From Octopus sinensis (taxonomy: Eukaryota): 44,338 nt of DNA. The translations under genes and the position numbers were made by a program. Location: assembly GCF_006345805.1 (NCBI RefSeq), contig NW_021835158.1, forward strand, positions 1 to 44,338, read 5' to 3'. Below are positions 27,067-38,044 of the stretch, piece by piece. The notes beneath the pieces are model-generated. The model saw only the letters and a list, made by a program, of their open reading frames with translations. It made no database searches and was not told the origin of the DNA. Every line of letters starts with the position of its first letter. Position 1 is the stretch's first letter.

Positions 27067-27204
27067 TGGTAAGAAGCTTGATTCCCAGCCACATAGTTCC
27101 TGGTTCAGTCCCACTGTGTGGCACTTTAGGCAAGTGGCTCCTACTATAGCCGATCAATGCCTTGTGAGTGGATTTGGTAGACGGAAACTGAAAGAAGCCC
27201 GTCG

Positions 27205-27205
<1 letters not shown>
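27067..27205 (+). mobile_element. SINE family A, 5' half
   Basis: TGGTAAGAAGCTTG...GAAGCCCGTCG followed by (TA)n. Confidence 0.85.
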
Positions 27206-27237
<32 letters not shown>

Positions 27238-27512
27238 TTAAATAATGAGGGAGATAAATTAATATTAATTTTAATATCAATTTAAAACCAGTAGTGTAGC
27301 ATACAAAAAATCTGAGAAGTCAGAGAAAATTCTAATATATGTGTATATTGGCAGGGCAAGGCTGCTAGGTAGTCGGCCGTATGCTAGAAATAGATCATCA
27401 ACGATCAAACTACAAAGAAAGTTCTCTAGAGGAAAAATTCGGCGAACGCCAGAACCAAATTTGGCGGGCAGGACAGGTGAAAATTTATATAAAAAACAGA
27501 AAGCGAAACATG

Positions 27513-28052
27513 CTTAGGCAGGCCATCCACAAGCCGAAACGAGGAACCGATTCAGAAGGTTCGACGAATAGTTATGGAAGACCATCGTGTAAGAGTCCAG
27601 GAAATTGCTCACAAAATGGTAATAAGCACAGGATCAGTACATTCCATTTTAACGGAGGATTTATTCATGTAGAGTGTCGGCGAAATGCGTCCATAAAGTG
27701 CTGGCGGAGCAGCAGAAGCAACTCCGCATGGAAACTGCTCAGGATATGCTGGATTGTACAAACCACAACCCAAGCTTCATGAAGATCATTATCGATGGTT
27801 ATGGATCATGGGTTTATGGTCTCTGTTCTATGCGTTCGGTCATCATGCGTGAAAACAGAAATCCGATGAGCGCGCAGAACACGTCTACGATCTAGACGTA
27901 ACAGCCGGGAAGTGGCGCAGTCTACTGGCGCGAAAGTTGTCAGGCATGCGCCGGAAGGGAGGTGTTACCTCCAATTCAACGGATTTTGCCCACGCAGATC
28001 TTGTTTGGGCGGGAAAAAATAAAGTCGGATTCCTTTTGAACACACCTCGTAC
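27513..28052 (+). mobile_element. Mariner transposon remnant (transposase fragment plus 3' TIR)
   Basis: GRPSTSRNEEPIQKVRRIVMEDHRVRVQEIAHKMVISTGSVHSILTEDL...AKCVHKVLAEQQKQLRM...IIDGYGSWVYG (degenerate GDESWVY); ends in TTTTGAACACACCTCGTA, a mariner-type TIR with TA. Confidence 0.85.
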
Positions 28053-28055
28053 ATA

Positions 28056-28094
<39 letters not shown>

Positions 28095-28289
28095 GCACGC
28101 ACACACGCGCATACATTCGCACACATGCACACTTACACACACGTTCGTGCCGTTCTTCAATTGGTGACGTTTAAACACGAGATTTCGTTTCTCAGGTGAC
28201 AGTAGCATAAAACATTTTCTGAAAGGAAAAAAGCGACTCATCTTTCCATACGATTACTGTGTAGGTAGTTTATTTCTATTGTTTGAAGT

Positions 28290-28640
28290 TAAAAGTGAAA
28301 AGAGGGGAGTTACACTTTTATTTCCGGATAGGAAAAAACTGCTTTACAAACAGCAAAAAAAGGTATGTGCAATTTATAGAGATGGTACCATAGCTGAGTG
28401 ACCTGTTTGTCAGTGGTTCGCAAGGTCCGGGAGTGAAAATTTTGATCTCGTGGACCATGAACGTTTCAGCAGGCTTACGGTCGTCTACGATGACTAAATT
28501 GAAATGCTAATGAAAGCTAATTCAGGTCATACGGTACGAGACATCGCATAATCACTCCAAATATCTCATATGAGCGTTGAAAGGCATTTATAAACACTTT
28601 GGTGCGTCAGTCGCAATGATATATTGGCGTGAATATCACG
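28290..28640 (+). pseudogene. Second mariner transposase remnant (N-terminal HTH)
   Basis: VCAIYRDGTIAE*PVCQWFARSGSENFDLVDHERFSRLTVVYDD*IEML...RDIA*SLQISHMSVERHL, matching the mariner WF.RF..G.FDL.D..RSGRP pattern. Confidence 0.85.
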
Positions 28641-28796
28641 GCATATATGATAAAAGTACAATAAGAAAGTTCTTTAAATGTTTGAAAACTAACAGCAGAT
28701 GTTTCATCTATACATACACATAAAACACATCCATATATGCATCTACACATATGCATACAGATACGAAAATATACACACACGCATATGTATATATAT

Positions 28797-28858
<62 letters not shown>

Positions 28859-29479
28859 TATACATATATGAATATATATATACTTACATATATATAATAT
28901 ATATACACACACACACATATATATATATATATTTATACATACATATATATGTATATATACATATATATACATATATATATAGATACACATACATCTATAT
29001 ACATACATATATGTGTGTGTGTATACACACACACAAACCCACATATACATATGTACAAATGCACAAACACATATGCACACACATACGTACGTACAAAGAG
29101 TTTTGAGTTATTCGCCAGCCCTGTTAGAAGCTATGTGCTCTATCTCTGTAATAAAAGATTCAGAAATACATTAATTGTGTCACTAATTACAACGTTCGCC
29201 CTTTCCCCGAAGCATCCTAGTTGATTAAATGAACGTTTAGTTAATTAAATGCAAAGAGATACTGTAATCTATTTTAAGTCGTTATCGGGGTCTAAAACAC
29301 GCATTGGTTGAATTGCTAGAGCATGACGTGATATTTGCTCTTTGTCTTTGGAAACTGTGATTAAACCCCGCTGAGGTCAACTTTGCTCTTCATCAATACA
29401 GCGGTCGTCTCTCCTCGCTCTCCTACTCTCCACTTTCTCCTCATCATCTCTCACTATACTATTTCTCTCTTTCTCTCAG

Positions 29480-29501
29480 CTACTTCATAGGCATCAAGAA
29501 G
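29480..29501 (+). CDS. Candidate 22-nt microexon
   Basis: Long polypyrimidine tract ending TTTCTCTCAG, then CTACTTCATAGGCATCAAGAAG, then GTAACG; open as (x)YFIGIKK. Confidence 0.25.
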
Positions 29502-29914
29502 GTAACGTTTAAGTCACGGTCTCATCAACACTTTTACCATGACTCTGGAATGATGACTCGTTAAGAAAATAAAGACGAGGCTTTGACACTTGTATTGCAT
29601 ATATGTGTGTATGAATGCCTGTTTCTACCTATATATGCGTGTTTTGTGCATGTTTATGTATGAGTGTGCGTGTATATGCATGTGTTGATCCAAATTTTAT
29701 CCAAAGTACAAAATAAGAACAACAAAACAACAGTTTAAAACCAACATCAACTCTAAGGTACCAATATGCATCACCCAAATTCAGTCCCCTTGTTTAAACT
29801 CTAAAACTCAAACCGGGAAGAACTGAAAGGTTTAACAACATGTAACACTACTGTAAGAAGTTGTGGAATGGAAATAATTTCTGATGGAAGCAAAATAATA
29901 ACTAATACAAGCAA

Positions 29915-30732
29915 ACGGAAAATTCACAGTATGCTTTTTTTGCCATGAAAAAATTAGCCGTTGTAAGAGATTTTGTTGTATAGAGAAATTCACTGTATAG
30001 GGAAATTCGCCGTAAGACAAATTCACCGTATAGGGAAATTCACCGTAAGGCAAATTTGTCATATAGGAAAATTCACTGCAAGGCAAATTCACCGTATACA
30101 GAAATTCACCGCAAGACAAATTCGCCGGATGGACATTGATAAGGCGTATTATATTAAGCATTTGTTTTTTAAATATAAAGAAAAAGAATGATAAAAAGTT
30201 TTATAAAAACATTAAATAGGCAAGTCTTTATTCAACGTCAAACATTAAAAGAAAAAAAAACCGTGATGAGGTCATTTAAAACGTATGAAAATTCCAAGCA
30301 ATGCTGCGTAAATAATATATTTTTCACTACGGATTGTATCAAAGCATTTGACTCTAAAGTCTTGCTTTAAAATCGCTATACTTTTTCTTCATCTCTGCTG
30401 CATCTCTTCGATCTAAATCACACTTTTTTTTCCCTTTTTTGCTAAACTCTCTTCCTTTTTTTAAATATGTTATGGGTTTCCAGATATTTGGATGCATGTT
30501 AGTAACAGAGCTTTGCATTGTGGAAGCCTTCTATACTGTTTGTTGTTTGTTCTGATCATATTATTCTGAGTTCTTCCGAAAACATACCATAATTCTATAG
30601 GAAATATTGGCTTTATACTTCGCCTTGCGATTTTTTCTTTTTAAAGCTAATTTTCCTCCGGCGAATTTTCTTTTTCCCTATACGGCGAATTTTCCAACTG
30701 CGAAATTTCTTACGGCGAAATGTCCTATAACC
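29915..30732. mobile_element. Foldback-like non-autonomous DNA transposon remnant with inverted subterminal repeats
   Basis: Left array of ~15-bp AAATTCACCGTA(A/T) units (~29975-30128); right array of the reverse complement (CGGCGAATTT, ~30650-30720) ending TGTCCTATAACC; no TSD resolved. Confidence 0.6.
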
Positions 30733-30735
30733 ACA

Positions 30736-30786
<51 letters not shown>

Positions 30787-30995
30787 ACACACACACATAC
30801 CACACACACACACGCACACACACACACACACGCACACACACACACGCACACATTCACACACACTCACACACTCACACTCACACAAACACACACACATACA
30901 CACACACATATATATATATGGACATACACGCATGCATCCCATCCATTCATAGTTATATATGAATTTATATAAATGTAGGCATGTATGCATGTATG

Positions 30996-31036
<41 letters not shown>

Positions 31037-31161
31037 ACACACACATACATATATATATATATGTTTATATATATATGTGTGTGTATCGATGTATCTAAGT
31101 ATCTATGTATTTATCTATGTATCTATCTATGTATCTATCTATGTATCTATATCTATACACA

Positions 31162-31196
<35 letters not shown>

Positions 31197-31200
<4 letters not shown>

Positions 31201-31319
31201 ACACGGAGTTGCAAGGACGGCCAAAAGTAATGAAATATATAAATGGAATTGGTGCAAAAGCTGAAGCCAGCAGATTTTGCATACAGATTGCAATATGCAA
31301 TAAGCATAAATGATTTTTG

Positions 31320-31320
<1 letters not shown>
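31197..31320 (+). mobile_element. Tc1/mariner-type transposase fragment
   Basis: [18 protein letters not shown] resembles the QL.Q.LKP.D...R..F segment of Tc1/mariner transposases. Confidence 0.35.
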
Positions 31321-31370
<50 letters not shown>

Positions 31371-31450
31371 GCACGCACACACACACACACACACATACAC
31401 ACACACACACACACACACGCACACACACTCGCGCGCGCGCCTAAGTATAC

Positions 31451-31545
31451 GAACAGTTTCCATCTAACAAATTCACTCACAAGACGTTGGTCAGGTCCGG
31501 GGCTATAATAAAAACAATTATCCAAGATGCCTCACAGTGACACTA
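31451..31545 (-). mobile_element. SINE family A fragment, diverged
   Basis: CAGTTTCCATCTAACAAATTCACTCACAAG...CCAAGATGCC. Confidence 0.7.
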
Positions 31546-31905
31546 TGTCAGCTTCTCTGATGAATTTTCATATTCGGAACGAGCATTAGCGGAACATACG
31601 AGATCAAACTAACCAGTCAAAAGTTCCGGATTGTTTCAACAAGAACGGATACAGTAGAATTAGACACTGATTTGTAAAATTACTTTAAGAGAAAAATTAC
31701 AAGAAAGACAAATAATTGGGTTGTGTTTTTAAATTAAAAGAAAATTTTATCAGTGATTGGATTGCGCCCATGCTGGGGCGTCATCTTGTAAGGTTTAGTC
31801 AAACGACTCAGCTTTCTACTTATATTTCTATATATTAAAAAAAAAAACGGTTTTCTTTTGCCGAACTGCTATTTTATGATAAATGGCGGAAAATGAAGTG
31901 GTTTG

Positions 31906-31987
31906 TTCATATCACGTGATAGTGTCACACCTTCATATCACGTGATAGTGTCACACCTTCATATCACGTGATAGTGTCACACCTTCA
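31906..31987. repeat. Perfect 26-bp tandem repeat x3 carrying the palindrome TATCACGTGATA
   Basis: TTCATATCACGTGATAGTGTCACACC at 31906, 31932 and 31958. Confidence 0.95.
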
Positions 31988-32183
31988 GCCCTGATCCTAG
32001 ACAGAGAGTCCAGATGGGTAGAAACGCCAAAAGAAGACCGGGAAATGTTACATAAGGAATGAGTCACACAAGGGAATGGTCGGACAAGATGGCAGAAGGT
32101 TGGCTGATAAGCGAGAAAGCAGGGCAATGGAGGAGAGTGTCATTAAGCTCTGCCCCTACGACCTCTTCAGGTTATGATATCAG

Positions 32184-32386
32184 CTCTGCTGCTGCTGCTG
32201 CAGATGATGATGATGATGATGATGAGGAGGAGGAGGAGGAGGAGGAGGAGGAGGAGGAGGAGGATGGTGGTGGTGGTGGTGGTGACGACGACGATGATGA
32301 TGATGATGGTGGTGGTGGTGGTGGTGGTGGTGGTGGTGATGACGACAACGACGACGATGATGATGATGATGAGGATGATGATGATC
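32184..32386. repeat. Compound trinucleotide microsatellite (GCT/GAT/GAG/GGT/GAC)
   Basis: Direct reading. Confidence 0.95.
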
Positions 32387-33284
32387 TAACTCTAGTTGAG
32401 GGTTCCACGTATAAATATATAACCTAAAAGGATTTTGTGTTGAAAACAATTTTGTACATCAACATCATTGCGCATCCTGTTTATCTTTTGGTTTTTTTTA
32501 ATCTTTTACTTGTTTCAGTCATTAGACTGCGGCCATGCTGGGGTACTGGGTTATTTTTAACGTATATTACCTGTGTAATTAACTTCTATCTATATGTCTC
32601 TTTCTCTCTGTCTGTCTGTTTGTCAGAATGTATATCAGTTTAGCTATTGAGCAAAGTACATCAACTACCACAGCAACAATTTTCACGTTTTTCTTCCACA
32701 ATTATTTTCGTCCCTCCGGCTAGAATCTGACATTTTTTTCTATTTTTCAGTTATTTTCATATTCACTCTACTATCTTCTGATATTGCAAAGCCAATGACC
32801 TTACAATGTATCACCTCGTTTTGTGTGTCACAAGCACCAGGAGCAGACAAGGCAAGACATCAATAAGTCAAGGGATCCCCTCCTCAGATGTTCTCAGCAG
32901 TATTTCTATATCAACGTCTTACGACGATGAGGAGGGATCAGAACATAGAGAAACGTGGGCAGTAAGAGAAGTGAGACCAAACAATGGGAAAAGAATGGGC
33001 TTAATGTAAAAACAAAAACGAAATAAGCTGCAGGAATCACTTTACATGAAAAGTATTTTCCTCTTTTATCAACGAAGAGCTCGTGGCCCGCGATTATTCG
33101 ATTTAATAAAGCGAATCTAGTGTAAATACTGAATGAGATGAACAGCAGCATGAAAAATGTTGTGTTGATGGAAAAAGAGGTGTAAAAATCATTCCACACA
33201 CACACATAATATATCAAGGTTGGCGGTCTACTCTGATTTTCACCTGTCGTGAAAATACATTTGATAACATATATTCCTAAGTTT

Positions 33285-33415
33285 CTTTGGGGTCAACTTT
33301 AGTTTTCATCAGTTTGGGGTCAATAAAATAAGTACCAGTTGAACATTTGGGTCCATTTAATCGACTTAGTTCCTCTCCCAAACACGATGGCCTTATGCCA
33401 AAATTTGAAACTAAT
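33285..33415 (+). mobile_element. SINE family B fragment, diverged
   Basis: GGGGTCAACTTTAGTTTTCATC...GGGGTCAATAAAATAAGTACCAGTTG. Confidence 0.65.
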
Positions 33416-33464
33416 GTATACACACACACACACACACATCATATATATTCATATACACACATAT

Positions 33465-33835
33465 TCTACTGTATGGTTGAGGAGGACCTCATCTTGCAAC
33501 CAAGTGGTGGCACTACGCAATATCTTGAGCAGGGGCCTTCTACTAAAGTATCTGGTCAACCGTGTGAGTGAATTAAGTAGAGGAAAATGTGCGGAAGCCT
33601 GTCATGCGTGTGTGTGTGTGTCTTTGGGTGTGTTTGTCACTCCACCATCATTTGACAACCGATCTTGGTTTGGTTACGTCCCTCTAACTTAACTTAGCAG
33701 CTCGGCAGAGAGAGACGATAGAATATGTATCAGTCTTGAAAAATTAATTAGTCGATTAGTTAGACTAAAACCTTTCAAAGGGGGATCTTAGCATGGCTGC
33801 AGTCCAATAACCGAACAAAATAAAAGCTAAAAGAT
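33465..33835 (+). mobile_element. Old SINE family A-like copy
   Basis: Degenerate body, internal (TG)n and tail CAGCATGGCTGCAGTCC...AAAAGA. Confidence 0.65.
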
Positions 33836-34220
33836 TTTAAGATATTCACAGACTATCTCACGCACACACACTCACTTACTTACACACGCGCGCGCACGTG
33901 GACATATGCACTTAGAGAAAGATAGATAAATGGACAGAGAGATGTACGCGTTTGTCTATTCGTTGTCCAGCTGCTGAATAAAGAAACTGTATCTCAGGTA
34001 TACTAACAAGCCAATATATTACAATCTTTGTTATAACCTGTCATTGTTATTGTGTTTAGAAGACATTTCAACAATTTCATCCCACCTCCACCATTCACAT
34101 TTATACACATATACGTTTGCGTATATATGAGGTGTAATACATATGTGTGTATATGTGTATATGTGTCTGTGTGTGTGCTATTGTCCGTGCTTACACACAT
34201 TTGTACATTATACAATTGTA

Positions 34221-34251
<31 letters not shown>

Positions 34252-34684
34252 GTTTATCTATCTATCTACGTACACACTAATAAATATACATATATACAGC
34301 CATATATCTGCATGCTCACTCATATATTTGATAAAATCATATATATATATATGTCCAAGCATGATCTTTCTTGGCCTGACCGCCGCTCGCACAACATCTT
34401 ATTTTCCTGTCTCCTATCTTCCTGTCTCCTATTGCCCTAAGGCTACAATCTTCACACGCCAGCTTGTACTTTTAGTCGAAAGACACCTGTTGTTATTCTT
34501 GTTGTTTGTATTTGTAATTGTTTAACCTTTTCTCCGTTTTCTCGTTCTTTTTTCTTGTCCGTGTGGTCGCACATATTCGCTCGCTTTCTTCCAAAATTTT
34601 AATACCTTTAGCTTAGATTTCTGAGGCCTACCGGTTTTGAACAGTCTGAAGTGTAACAGGCCAAAACTGTAATGACGATTGGAA

Positions 34685-34800
34685 GCTTGACTGATGAATA
34701 GAAAGCCACGAACGTTCTGTCCTGGTTTTCCTGTCCATCTTTGTATCGTTCATCTGTCCGTATGTTTTTATTGTCGTCCGTTACGTTCTTGTTCCGTTTA
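34685..34800 (+). mobile_element. PLE-type 3' end with degenerate HHR motif
   Basis: CTGATGA (34691-97)-ATAG-AAAG-CCAC-GAAC (one A missing)-GTT, then a pyrimidine-rich tail running into (TA)n. Confidence 0.4.
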
Positions 34801-34843
34801 TATATATACACATATATATATATATAATATATATATATATACC

Positions 34844-34947
<104 letters not shown>

Positions 34948-34992
34948 CACAATTATTAATAATTGAGACGCAATTATTTATAATTGAAGAAT

Positions 34993-35083
34993 CCTACGCT
35001 AAGGAGGAAAATAGTCAGGTAAGACATAATTATTTATTTTTTATGTTCTACAATGACTTAATTCCGAAACGTGCTTCCGTAGG
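34993..35083 (+). ncRNA. Type-I hammerhead ribozyme, mutated copy
   Basis: Same fold as 35593-35683 but core CTAAGGA (G5>A) and TTC instead of GTC. Confidence 0.8.
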
Positions 35084-35592
35084 TAAGTTAATATAGATTG
35101 ATTTTCGTCATTTCTTTCTCTTTTACCTGCGTCGTTTGTTTTTTAAGTACTTTGGTTTTACTGGGATCTCCCTTTTAAGTAGAAAGAATAGCCAAAACTT
35201 TTTGACTGCTATTTCTAAATTCGGTGTGTGGTGAGGCAAATCGTTGCTGAACTCTTAATTACTTAGTATTACTTAAACCTTCCTTGAATGGGTCTTTTAC
35301 ATGCCGAACTCTACTTGGCGAAATTAATGATTATTTCTAAATTAATTAATTTCACCCTTTATTATTATTGATAATTGTATTTCCTCCCAGTAAAAAACTG
35401 TAGCATCTTATTTTGGCAACACGCTGGTGGACAGGGGAAGATGACTTACTTTCATTCACCCTTTGAATTTGGCGGTACTGGCAGGACTTACGCTCTCTCT
35501 GATACCACGAATTGAAGTGATGTCTTCTAGTGCCTTCAAATTTAATACACAATTATTAATAATTGAGACGCAATTATTTATAATTGAAGAAT

Positions 35593-35683
35593 CCTACGCT
35601 GAGGAGGAAAATAGTCAGGTAAGACATAATTATTTATTTTTTATGTTCTACAATGACTTAATTCCGAAACGTGCGTCCGTAGG
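35593..35683 (+). ncRNA. Type-I hammerhead ribozyme with intact core and extended stem II
   Basis: Stem I CCTACG/CGTAGG; CTGAGGA 35599-35605; stem II GGAA/TTCC with a ~52-nt hairpin insert; GAAA 35666-69; stem III AC-GTGC-GT; GTC triplet, predicted cleavage after 35677. Confidence 0.9.
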
Positions 35684-36123
35684 TAACTTAATATAGAATG
35701 ATTTTCGTCATTTCTTTCTCTTTCACCTGCGTCGTTTCTTTTTAAGTGCTTTGGTTTTACTGGGATCTCCCTTTTAAGTAGAAAGAATAGCCAAAACTTT
35801 TTGACTGCTATTTCTAAATTCAGTGTGTGGTGAGGCAAATCGTTGCCGAACCCTTAATTACTTAGTATATATATATATATATATATACAGAGAGAGAGAG
35901 AGAGGTTATGAGAGGTTAATGGTGTCAATAAGACACAAAGGTGTCAGGTAATGCTGAGTAAGTGCTATGGATAGACCATAGTTAAGCTCCAGGTTCGGGG
36001 ATTATGAGAATAAGGGTTCCAACGCGGGTCATATATCAGCATGTGTATATATAAAAACAATTTTTCAGAATGTGATAAAAAAAACCAAGGCTGTGAAGAT
36101 TTTAGAACTTTTATAAATAGAAG

Positions 36124-36171
36124 GTCTTACAGCTGTTTCCAGGATATTTATTATATCTCTTCATCGGAGAT
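36124..36171 (-). ncRNA. Variant hammerhead motif (CCGATGA core, GTA triplet)
   Basis: Minus strand ATCT-CCGATGA-AGAGATAT-AATAA-ATATCCTG-GAAAC-AGCT-GTA-AGAC. Confidence 0.65.
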
Positions 36172-36316
36172 GGTGTGAGAAAATGGTTAAGCAATAGTTA
36201 ATTTAGACAAGATACGAAATGGAGAGTGAAGTGGATGAATGAAAATAGACGTGAGGTATGTAGGGATATTGCATTTGCAGATCAATTAGTTAGGCAGAAT
36301 GGTATACATATACATC

Positions 36317-36364
36317 GTCTCCGATGAAGTGATATAATAAATATCCTGGAAACAGCTGTGAGAC
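36317..36364 (+). ncRNA. Variant hammerhead motif (CCGATGA core, GTG triplet, likely inactive)
   Basis: GTCT-CCGATGA-AGTGATAT-AATAA-ATATCCTG-GAAAC-AGCT-GTG-AGAC. Confidence 0.6.
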
Positions 36365-36457
36365 CTATTTATAAATGTTTTAAAATCCTCACAGCCATGG
36401 TTTTTATTTCATTCTGAAAAATTTTTTTATATATATATATATATATACATATATGTA

Positions 36458-36562
36458 TGCGTGGCATCTTGGGCAAGTGTCTTCTATTATAGCCTCGGGC
36501 CGACCAAAGCCTTATGAGTGGATTTGGTAGGCGGAAACTAAAAGAAGCCCGTCGTATATATG

Positions 36563-36598
<36 letters not shown>

Positions 36599-36830
36599 GT
36601 GTGTATGTGTGTGTATGTTTGTGTGTATGTGTTTGTCCCCCTAGCATTGCTTGACAACCGATGCTGGTGTATTTATGTTGCCGTAACTTAGCGGTTCGGC
36701 AAAAGAGACTGATAGAATAAGTACTAAGCTTACAAAGTATAAGTCTCGGGGTCGATTTGCTCGACTAAAGGCGGTGCTCTAGCATGGCCGCAGTCAAATG
36801 ACTCAAAGAAGTAAAAGAGTAAAAGAGTAA
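36458..36830 (+). mobile_element. SINE family A, 5' truncated
   Basis: Starts at TGCGTGGCATCTTGGGCAAG; internal (TA)n(TG)n; (GTAAAAGA)n tail. Confidence 0.9.
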
Positions 36831-36834
36831 AGAG

Positions 36835-37120
36835 TGAGATCGGCAAACAACTTGTTCGCTAAAATTATATACAAGGCAAGAGGCTTGGTCTAAGGTCGCG
36901 GGTTCAGATACCTCTGGATAACGAGACACAATGCGTCGAAACACCAGTGTTCCAGAATACTGTGCGCCAATGAACCAAGTGTGTTGAACACTGTCGTCGT
37001 TAAAGAAAAACATTATTCCCCTATGACGTAAACCATAGCGACTAGCACAATATTTATTAGATCTACCAAGAGACGCATTAATAATCATGTAAATATTCAT
37101 TCCTTCTTCAGTTTTTCAAA
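36835..37120 (+). pseudogene. Very degenerate PLE C-terminal/GIY-YIG remnant
   Basis: Fragments across frameshifts: EIGKQ, GFRYL, PMNQVC, IFIRSTKRRINNH, resembling NIGK.F / CP....CL / YIG.T...R.NNH. Confidence 0.45.
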
Positions 37121-37154
37121 TATATACTAGTGTACACGTGCGCGCACACACACA

Positions 37155-37503
37155 TCTCTCTCTATATATAAACGGCAAATTGTCAGTGTGTGCGTGTGTG
37201 TATCCTTTATACAAATCCACAATTTTTCAGTTAGAGGGCTAACACTTTCTATGGTCATTCAAAACCGTCCAAGGGTGGTCGTGCACATCTTTACATTTCC
37301 CCAGTCACCCCGCAAAGCCATTAAAAATCAATAGAAGTTACTTTTTTGTGAATTTTCTATCCAAAACCCAATCAAAATGCACGAAACTTGATACGCCAAT
37401 TGAATGCCAGCTACCTGTATCTGATTGGTCGGAGATTTGGACAGTACTTGCGTGTATGTGTGCGCTAGCACTATGACCCGGCGTTGCCGTGTCATAGTGA
37501 TAG
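37155..37503 (+). mobile_element. Non-autonomous Helitron-like element
   Basis: 5' TC(TC)nTATATATAAACGGC after an A; 3' hairpin CACTATGACCCGGC-GTT-GCCGTGTCATAGTG followed by ATAG|T (variant of CTAG|T). Confidence 0.6.
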
Positions 37504-37794
37504 TATACTTTATTTGCGTATTAAAACATTAATACACAAATACAAAAATAAAGAATCTTTATCCACCAATACGGTGTTGATCATTCATTCTCTTTGTTCG
37601 ATATTAACATGTGTGCGTGTGTGTGTGTGTGCGCGTGTGCGCGGGTGGAATCGTAGAGTCACAGTCGCAGCATATAGTGTATCTTGGGCACTTCTAGACC
37701 TGGTGGAGAAAATTCCTTTCCAGGATTTCTTCCAGAGGGAGAAAAAAAACAAAAAGGAATGCAGAAAGAAAGAGTTAGAGAAAGTTAAGTACAC

Positions 37795-37930
37795 TGGTAT
37801 TTATTTCTCGACCTCGAAAGGATGAAACGCCATGTTGGACTCGACAGGATTTCGACTCAGAGAGCAGAGAACGAACAATTACAGCAAAACAATCTACCAG
37901 ATGCTCTTACCACATGTCACTTGCCTACCT
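37795..37930 (-). mobile_element. Family B-related SINE fragment, diverged
   Basis: CTCGACCTCGAAAGGATGAAA is the reverse complement of the family B core. Confidence 0.55.
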
Positions 37931-38044
37931 TTTGTATGTATGTATGTATGTATGTATGTATGTATGTATGTATGTATGTATGTATGTATGTATGTGAATG
38001 TATGTATGTATGTATGTATGTGTGTATGTATGTATGTATGTATA

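Larger units (their letters stand above)
35905..36435. mobile_element. PLE remnant with inverted pseudo-LTRs
   Basis: Arms 36046-36172 and 36316-36435 are reverse complements, each with an HHR-like motif; the minus arm continues into sequence similar to ~3115-3160. Confidence 0.75.

Noticed and set aside
27370-27402. Very degenerate minus-strand HHR (TTGATGA...CATAC-GGCC-GAC)
   Set aside because: It needs several core changes to match and cannot be distinguished from chance.
31906-31987. CRISPR-like array
   Set aside because: The repeats are contiguous with no spacers, and the context is eukaryotic.
32806-33009. 67-aa ORF (MYHLVLCV...KRMGLM) as an exon
   Set aside because: There is an in-frame stop just upstream, the strong acceptor at ~32748 does not lead into this frame, and no homology is recognised.
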